From NCBI RefSeq assembly GCF_014280175.1, contig NZ_CP047931.1, forward strand, positions 2,130,001 to 2,162,000: DNA of 32,000 nucleotides, given 5' to 3'. Shown in pieces: positions 29,401 through 32,000 of this stretch. The DNA comes from Synechococcus sp. A15-28. Lineage in GTDB: Bacteria > Cyanobacteriota > Cyanobacteriia > PCC-6307 > Cyanobiaceae. Every line of letters starts with the position of its first letter. The stretch's first letter is position 1. A program made the translations under genes and the position numbers. The notes under the pieces were generated by a model, which did no database searches, had not been told where the DNA came from, and was given only the letters and a program-made list of their open reading frames with translations.

Positions 29401-29429
29401 CCCAAATCGGATGCGTCAGCTTTTAACAC
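23427..29429 (-). CDS. giant TpsA-type exoprotein (filamentous-haemagglutinin-like, with PATR-type beta-strand repeats)
   Basis: 2000-aa uninterrupted ORF. Signal peptide (FSLGVFLGMSSILNQSPASA). The alternative start ATG at 29378 is about equally likely. An N-terminal TPS domain is followed by repeated GSGTTTLSGANTYTGTTTISAGTLK modules, an FGDPGELPP repeat, and a Ser/Thr-rich then Asp/Glu/Gly-rich tail. Confidence 0.85.
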   Translation of the reverse strand: MLKADASDLGRLVQQRFMASTGSKNFIRFSLGVFLGMSSILNQSPASAEIRAGQGKGFDTKVNGQKGGRCSAGVCRISGGKKSGRNKFMRFKDFDTRGKIKSVQIDTGGKRNLVVGVTSPLGTHINKSIQFSSKANLYWLSPGGIHLGSGVGFVNVPSLNLSTTRSLRFGDGLFDVFKTRAANLDALKGNPLPGALGFSGTDSLDVVNHADDTVPVIQMEGIDIRIDRDLFADAPGGVVAVRESKISVGNDQVDRARLTLTGEEVVVGDGTELMAVQTGGGGKIEVGGSWQNSDETVRQAITTKIEEGAVLDASAIIDGDGGEIVVWSDINNPESVTTVGGQLLASGGDKEGDGGHIETSGFELYVAGIDVDATAIQGEQGLWLLDPFDYTLTSSEATAIVTALEAGNDVSISTASSSSSVGSGSVAASGSESAEAGTITVSSEVNVDSGAGGSLSLVADKDIIINASIISDGSASSKDLTLDSKTGVAINSGASIDWNPGSSSNVFVTASDSGGLSGAGGVVVAQGTVLDVTQAGDTTFSGVISGAGALSKAGSGTTTLSGANTYTGTTTISAGTLKVTGSLADTTAVTVESGATYDVDSSDTIGSLAGAGAIQLASGVTLTAGGLSNLNTTSEDFSSSSDGTGSLITSSSQISGQQGVNNSFDNGSQVKSLFFGRVDASDRQATTDSFDPTDGATITFDFIYGDDFNGGEEVELGEEVILEYSIDGGSYTSGLEITISSSSRQWNKYSYSIPDSVVDSLASGSTATFRFRQKSFSAGGSGIFDHWGLDNLSLKTGADASTEISGVISGDGAFSKAGSGTTTLSGANTYTGTTTISAGTLKLTGSLANTALSVSSGATFDVDATDEIGSISGSGDIDVASGVKLTAGGLSNASTTFSGVISGDGAFSKAGSGTTTLSGANTFSGETSINEGTLLVSGSLSDSTLVDVASGANYKVGSDDTIGGLQGAGSADLNSNTLTVNNADTNGSTTFSGVIAGSGSGSSLTKEGSGTLELSGASTYEGATSLSAGTLKVTGSLANTALSVSSGATFDVDATDEIGSISGSGDIDLASGVTLTAGGLNNASTTFSGVISGDGAFSKAGSGTTTLSGANTFSGETSINEGTLLLSGSLSDSTVVDVASGANYKVGSNDTIGGLQGAGNADLNSNTLTVNIADSDGSTTFSGVIAGSGSGSSLTKEGSGTLKLSGANTYEGATSVSAGVLEISSASALGATTRGIASSGTSIDQGAALHIVGGSSTDDFLLAEQLALGSSSGSGEAIIQLVSGSATITNPFELTGDSALEALSGELLLNDTTSLSAAAMVTVGSSCGSSSSCNLRIGGNASGGGGTVSTFFDSIAPSLSDGINLRNTIGDIAYDQALTVNNNGAFKLAGDSTIAGAVSIDSADIQFSSANALLSSTNISLENNAKISSLTDIPLGTSSGGSLASVTLGPGDQTLFVASGSTVSIDNMTFSGPGNFVKDGEGTLKYFDSSSGGLGELTYSGSTKVVAGRLTVNAGSASRASLTATCSGSGTSNLCSSQISASPSLELTPEPEEEDEPDPTLELTPESILDQPTFGDPGGLPPFGDPGELPPFGDPGELPPFGDPGELPPFDDPGELPPFGDPGELPPFDDPGELPPFDDLGDQQPFGGPETIDAFISTFVTEGNVETIADAIAVIETTATMPMVSPSVDVAAAPEMSTSTSTASMSPNAPVSAASTSDVVSVVAATTETGSTDASSSVNDTVETVAASLVPSSLSAEGTSVDLSLGDSFQVATVSSEGSSTSSTATSSVGVASATSESTAASATADVSNSEASSGSDTAAGSETSAAGESGEAAGETSDSAATDSSDDSAATDSSEDTSTEEGGTDDSADEADADAEAEGDAEGEGDAEGEGDAEGEGDGEGETEGEGDAEAGSDEEGEGSSEGDQGGSGGQESAPSAAVNVKRVDASQALAGVSEGDSAATDRAVGALNLPKLSGRRTPSAGQIGNYLQQLRQQIAGGQ
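23733..23804. repeat. 18-nt tandem repeat x4 encoding the acidic (G-E-G-D-A-E)n segment
   Basis: ATCTCCTTCCCCTTCAGC at 23733, 23751 and 23769 (1 mismatch), plus a degenerate copy at 23787. Confidence 0.8.
24486..24720. repeat. 27-nt tandem repeat, 7 near-identical units plus degenerate flanking units, encoding (F-G/D-D-P-G-E-L-P-P)n
   Basis: The unit GTCG(T/C)CAAAAGGTGGTAATTCACCGGG starts at 24513 and recurs every 27 nt to about 24701. It is in frame in the minus-strand CDS. Confidence 0.9.
25690..27810 (-). repeat. array of autotransporter-associated (PATR-type) beta-strand repeat modules, interrupted by a non-repeat insert
   Basis: At least six protein-level copies of SKAGSGTTTLSGAN-T-Y/F-x-G-x-T-x-I-x-x-GTL-x-x-x-GSL. 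DNA-level similarity is visible, for example 26891-26990 versus 27683-27780. Confidence 0.7.
25786..26925. repeat. 570-bp direct tandem duplication (2 copies) inside the giant gene
   Basis: Copy A 25786-26355 and copy B 26356-26925 align without indels. By-eye line-by-line comparison gave roughly 35-40 mismatches (about 93% identity). One unit is 190 aa and spans several PATR modules. Confidence 0.85.
28260..29267 (-). other. TPS (haemagglutination-activity-type) secretion domain of the giant protein, approx aa 55-390
   Basis: CRISGGKKSGRNKFMRFKDFD parallels I-T/S-GG...G-N-x-F-x-x-F. ANLYWLSPGGIHLGSG sits in the position of the NPNGI motif. GGEIVVWSD, GGDKEGDGGHIETSG and GLWLLDPFDY match patterns seen in large FhaB/COG3210-type exoproteins. 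Confidence 0.7.
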
Positions 29430-29617
29430 AGCCTCGCACAGATGTGCAAATCACCCATACAATCATAAATAAAAAACTATATTATTCTTCAATTGTCCAT
29501 GAATTTTGTGTTGAATTGGCAACTGAAGTCCACTGCTTTGTCAAGCCAAAACCTGTAGGCGACAGTCATCACAGTGGCTTTCGCCGATTCTAGTGACAAT
29601 AGCCAAACGTAAAATCG
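29430..29617. promoter_or_regulatory. AT-rich divergent control region between tpsA and tpsB
   Basis: 188-nt spacer between divergently oriented genes and the most AT-rich stretch in the window (for example ATAAATAAAAAACTATATTATTC). Contains a TATATT -10-like hexamer at 29479-29484 and two TGAATT copies 12 nt apart (29511 and 29523). No transcription start can be proven from sequence. Confidence 0.35.
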
Positions 29618-31303
29618 TTGGTTGCCGTGCTGCTCCTGGCCCAGCTTGTTGCTCCCCCACTTCAGCCGGGGCCTGTTCGCCTACCGAACACGGCTCCTCA
29701 GCAGCGGCCCAAGGACGATGGGGCAGTGTTCAAGGTTCCGCCGGGATCTTCCGCCGATCCCAAAAATACTGAAAGCAATCAGGATGCTGACGCCGCAGAC
29801 CCATCAACAAGCGACTGGAGGCCGGAGATTATCGGAGAGACGCCGTACTCCAACGAACAGATTCAACAGATCCTCAGCGGCTGTGGCAAAGCCAGCATTA
29901 ACGCGACGTTGAACGCCTGCGCAGCACAGCTCACAGCTCGGCTCATCCAGGACGGTTACGTCAACAGCCGCGTCTACAGCCTCAAAACTCCGGCCCCAGG
30001 TGCTCTGGAAGTGGTTCTGGGCACGATTGCTGAACTGCGGATCAACAGTGAAGACGAAGCTTTACAGCGGCAGATCCAGGAGCAACTGACCCCTCTGATT
30101 GGCAGTGTGCTTCACATCCCCACGCTGGAAAAGGAACTTGCTCGCGCCCGCCGACGAGGAGCTGGAACGATCAAGGGAGGGATGGGACGCCTGGGCAGCG
30201 ACCCCACCAAAGCGATGGTGAATCTCACGATTACACCTGCCGAACCGGAACCACTCAACGGAGACATTGCCCTCGGAAACAATGGCAATGTCGGAAGCGG
30301 TGAATGGCGTGGTGTCGCCACGCTTCTCCAGAAAGGTCTGATCGAACGAGGGGACACAGCCCTGCTGTTTCTGGAGTTGAACAGCGATGGTGATCTGGAG
30401 TTAGGTAGCAAGGTTGCCTCTCTCACCTACACCTACCCTCTCGGGGACAACTGGTCGGTCACAGGGTCCTTCGGCGTCAGCTTCCGCCGCTTTGTGGAAT
30501 TTCAGAAGCCGGCTTACAACTTCAGTTTCCGCACACTGCAAGGGCTGCTGCAATTGGAGACAACTCTGCAGGAGTCTGAAAATTTCACATGGACCGCTGC
30601 AGCAGCATTCAGCACCAATCGCAGTGACAGCTTCAAATCAGGGCGCAGTTTCCCGCTTGTCAGCGGCGGTGGAAACGATGGCTGGTCTCACAGTGGTTTT
30701 CTCAAACTCAGCACCAACGTTGGTGGATTCACCGGACCGCTGTTCTGGAACACCAATGCTTATTTCAGCCAGGGCATTGCCGGAGTGACCCTTGATGAAC
30801 ACCTCCACAACTTGGATGTTGCAGGAATTGAACCAGGCGAGGCTCGTGCTGTCGGAGCGCTGACTGACATCGGTTTAAGCCTGTCTCCAACGACCACCGT
30901 CAACATCAGATTGGCTGGTCAGCTTGCCTTCAATCGCCTGCCAGGAAGCATGAGCTTCGGTCTCGGCAGTGCTGTAGGCCTACGGGGACTTCCAGGAAGT
31001 CTGATCGGAGGAGATAGTGGATATCTGGCGACTGGGGAAGTTGTTTGGACCCCGTGGCAGAAGGATGAACAAAGGATTTCTCTCATTCCCTACCTGGGTA
31101 TCGGTGGTGTTCACACCGCTACGAGTGTTGCAACTCTGGAAGACAGCATCGGGGTGACCGGGCTGATCGGCCGCTATCAAAACGGCCGATGGGAAGCGGA
31201 ACTCGGCTGGGTCGACACGTTTAAGTCAAACGACAACCCGGGGCTGTGGAACGACTGGATCCTCGGCCACGGGCTGCACACCATGCTCCGTTACAGCTTC
31301 TGA
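29618..31303 (+). CDS. TpsB-type (ShlB/FhaC/HecB family) outer-membrane transporter with POTRA domains
   Basis: 561 aa. POTRA-like segments (IIGETPYSNEQIQQIL, LIQDGYVNSRVY, LEVVLGTIAELRI, LHIPTLEKEL). The C-terminal half has alternating beta-strand character and ends in MLRYSF, an aromatic terminus typical of OM barrels. The start is TTG at 29618 or GTG at 29627. Confidence 0.75.
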   Translation: MVAVLLLAQLVAPPLQPGPVRLPNTAPQQRPKDDGAVFKVPPGSSADPKNTESNQDADAADPSTSDWRPEIIGETPYSNEQIQQILSGCGKASINATLNACAAQLTARLIQDGYVNSRVYSLKTPAPGALEVVLGTIAELRINSEDEALQRQIQEQLTPLIGSVLHIPTLEKELARARRRGAGTIKGGMGRLGSDPTKAMVNLTITPAEPEPLNGDIALGNNGNVGSGEWRGVATLLQKGLIERGDTALLFLELNSDGDLELGSKVASLTYTYPLGDNWSVTGSFGVSFRRFVEFQKPAYNFSFRTLQGLLQLETTLQESENFTWTAAAAFSTNRSDSFKSGRSFPLVSGGGNDGWSHSGFLKLSTNVGGFTGPLFWNTNAYFSQGIAGVTLDEHLHNLDVAGIEPGEARAVGALTDIGLSLSPTTTVNIRLAGQLAFNRLPGSMSFGLGSAVGLRGLPGSLIGGDSGYLATGEVVWTPWQKDEQRISLIPYLGIGGVHTATSVATLEDSIGVTGLIGRYQNGRWEAELGWVDTFKSNDNPGLWNDWILGHGLHTMLRYSF

Positions 31304-31304
31304 A

Positions 31305-31763
31305 TCAACCCTCGACGCGCCAGCTCTGGTCAGACGGTGTCCAGTCATTGAGTTCGGTCGCACCAAACCAGAGACCAATTTCAAATTCAGCTGTTTCCGG
31401 CGCATCCGATCCATGGATCACATTACGGCCGATGTTGACCGCCAAATCGCCGCGGATGGTGCCGGGCTCAGCTTCAAGAGGCTTGGTGGCCCCGATCAGC
31501 TTGCGGGCACTGGCGATTACCCCATCGCCTTCCCAAACCATCGCCACCACCGGGCCGGAGGTGATGAAGTCAACCAAGCCAGCGAAGAAGGGGCGCTCCT
31601 TGTGGACGCCGTAATGCTGCTCAGCCAGCTCGCGGCTGGGGGTGAGCTGCTTCAGACCAACAAGCTTGAAACCCTTGCGCTCGAAGCGGCCGAGAATTTC
31701 ACCCACCAGCCCGCGCTGGACGCCGTCGGGCTTAATGGCGATGAAGGTACGTTCGGCGGCCAT
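31305..31763 (-). CDS. ndk: nucleoside-diphosphate kinase
   Basis: [38 protein letters not shown]...NVIHGSD. The ORF track starts at 31820, but the ATG at 31761-31763 gives the canonical N-terminus (152 aa). Confidence 0.9.
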   Translation of the reverse strand: MAAERTFIAIKPDGVQRGLVGEILGRFERKGFKLVGLKQLTPSRELAEQHYGVHKERPFFAGLVDFITSGPVVAMVWEGDGVIASARKLIGATKPLEAEPGTIRGDLAVNIGRNVIHGSDAPETAEFEIGLWFGATELNDWTPSDQSWRVEG

Positions 31764-31867
31764 AAAAAAAGTCCGTGTGTCGCGCCATCGTCCGTGGCCA
31801 CCCTGCCGCTTGGCAAGCACACCATTCCGAACAGTCTCTATCTTTTAGAGATTCTTACCCGCACGCC

Positions 31868-32000
31868 ATGGTCTTGACGGCGGCTGAACGGCCCTGGTCT
31901 GTGGCCCAGAGCGCGGCGTTGTACGGCCTGGAGCGCTGGGGCGATCCCTACTTCTCGATCAACGCCAAAGGACATGTCGTGGTGCAACCACGGGGGGATC
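31868..32000 (+). CDS. speA: biosynthetic arginine decarboxylase, 5' fragment (runs off the window)
   Basis: MVLTAAERPWSVAQSAALYGLERWGDPYFSINAKGHVVVQP matches the SpeA N-terminal pattern (W..S..LY.i..WG..YF.IN..G.v.V). Only 44 codons are visible. Confidence 0.6.
   Translation, partial: MVLTAAERPWSVAQSAALYGLERWGDPYFSINAKGHVVVQPRGD

Larger units (their letters stand above)
22078..31303. other. accessory insert (tpsB / tpsA / CHAT) between core genes thiO and ndk
   Basis: Composition shifts. Sampled 60-nt lines give about 32-48% GC in CHAT and tpsA, about 55-58% in tpsB, and about 60-68% in the flanking core genes. No mobility genes were seen. Confidence 0.6.

Noticed and set aside
23427-29429. 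Contact-dependent inhibition (CdiA-like toxin delivery) interpretation of the TpsA
   Set aside because: There is no VENN-type pretoxin boundary and no recognisable C-terminal toxin. The C-terminus is low-complexity. The downstream gene is a 449-aa exported CHAT protein rather than a small cytoplasmic immunity protein.
22078-31303. Calling the insert a mobile element or integrative island
   Set aside because: No integrase, transposase, tRNA target, terminal inverted repeat or flanking direct repeat could be seen. Only the composition shift supports foreign origin, so it is listed as an accessory insert.

Overview
This is a high-GC chromosome segment resembling marine Synechococcus. Spot counts of single 60-nt lines give about 60-68% GC. 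Most of it is tightly packed core genes: murG, a cobD-like aminotransferase, pyrD, rnhA, the secE-nusG-rplK-rplA-rplJ-rplL cluster, clpB, gloA, eno, an ABC1/UbiB kinase, argJ, coaE, a prolyl-4-hydroxylase-like oxygenase, gatB, thiO, ndk and the 5' end of speA. Many neighbours have overlapping stop and start codons. The exception is a ~9.2 kb insert (22078-31303) between thiO and ndk. It encodes a TpsB-type outer-membrane transporter, transcribed divergently from a 2000-aa TpsA-type giant exoprotein. The exoprotein gene shares one nucleotide with the GTG start of an exported CHAT (caspase-fold) peptidase gene. The tpsA and CHAT genes are much more AT-rich than the flanks (sampled lines about 32-48% GC). 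No integrase, transposase, tRNA or CRISPR was seen. The giant gene contains a 570-bp tandem duplication, a 27-nt x ~8 proline-rich repeat, an 18-nt acidic repeat and a non-repetitive beta-sandwich-like insert. The TPS + CHAT trio is my main candidate for an uncharacterised system. A second point of interest is an exact copy of the Yfr1 sRNA undecamer (or its complement) in the spacer downstream of rplL. Structured leaders precede rplJ and rplK. All calls come from reading the translations and sequence by eye; no searches were run.
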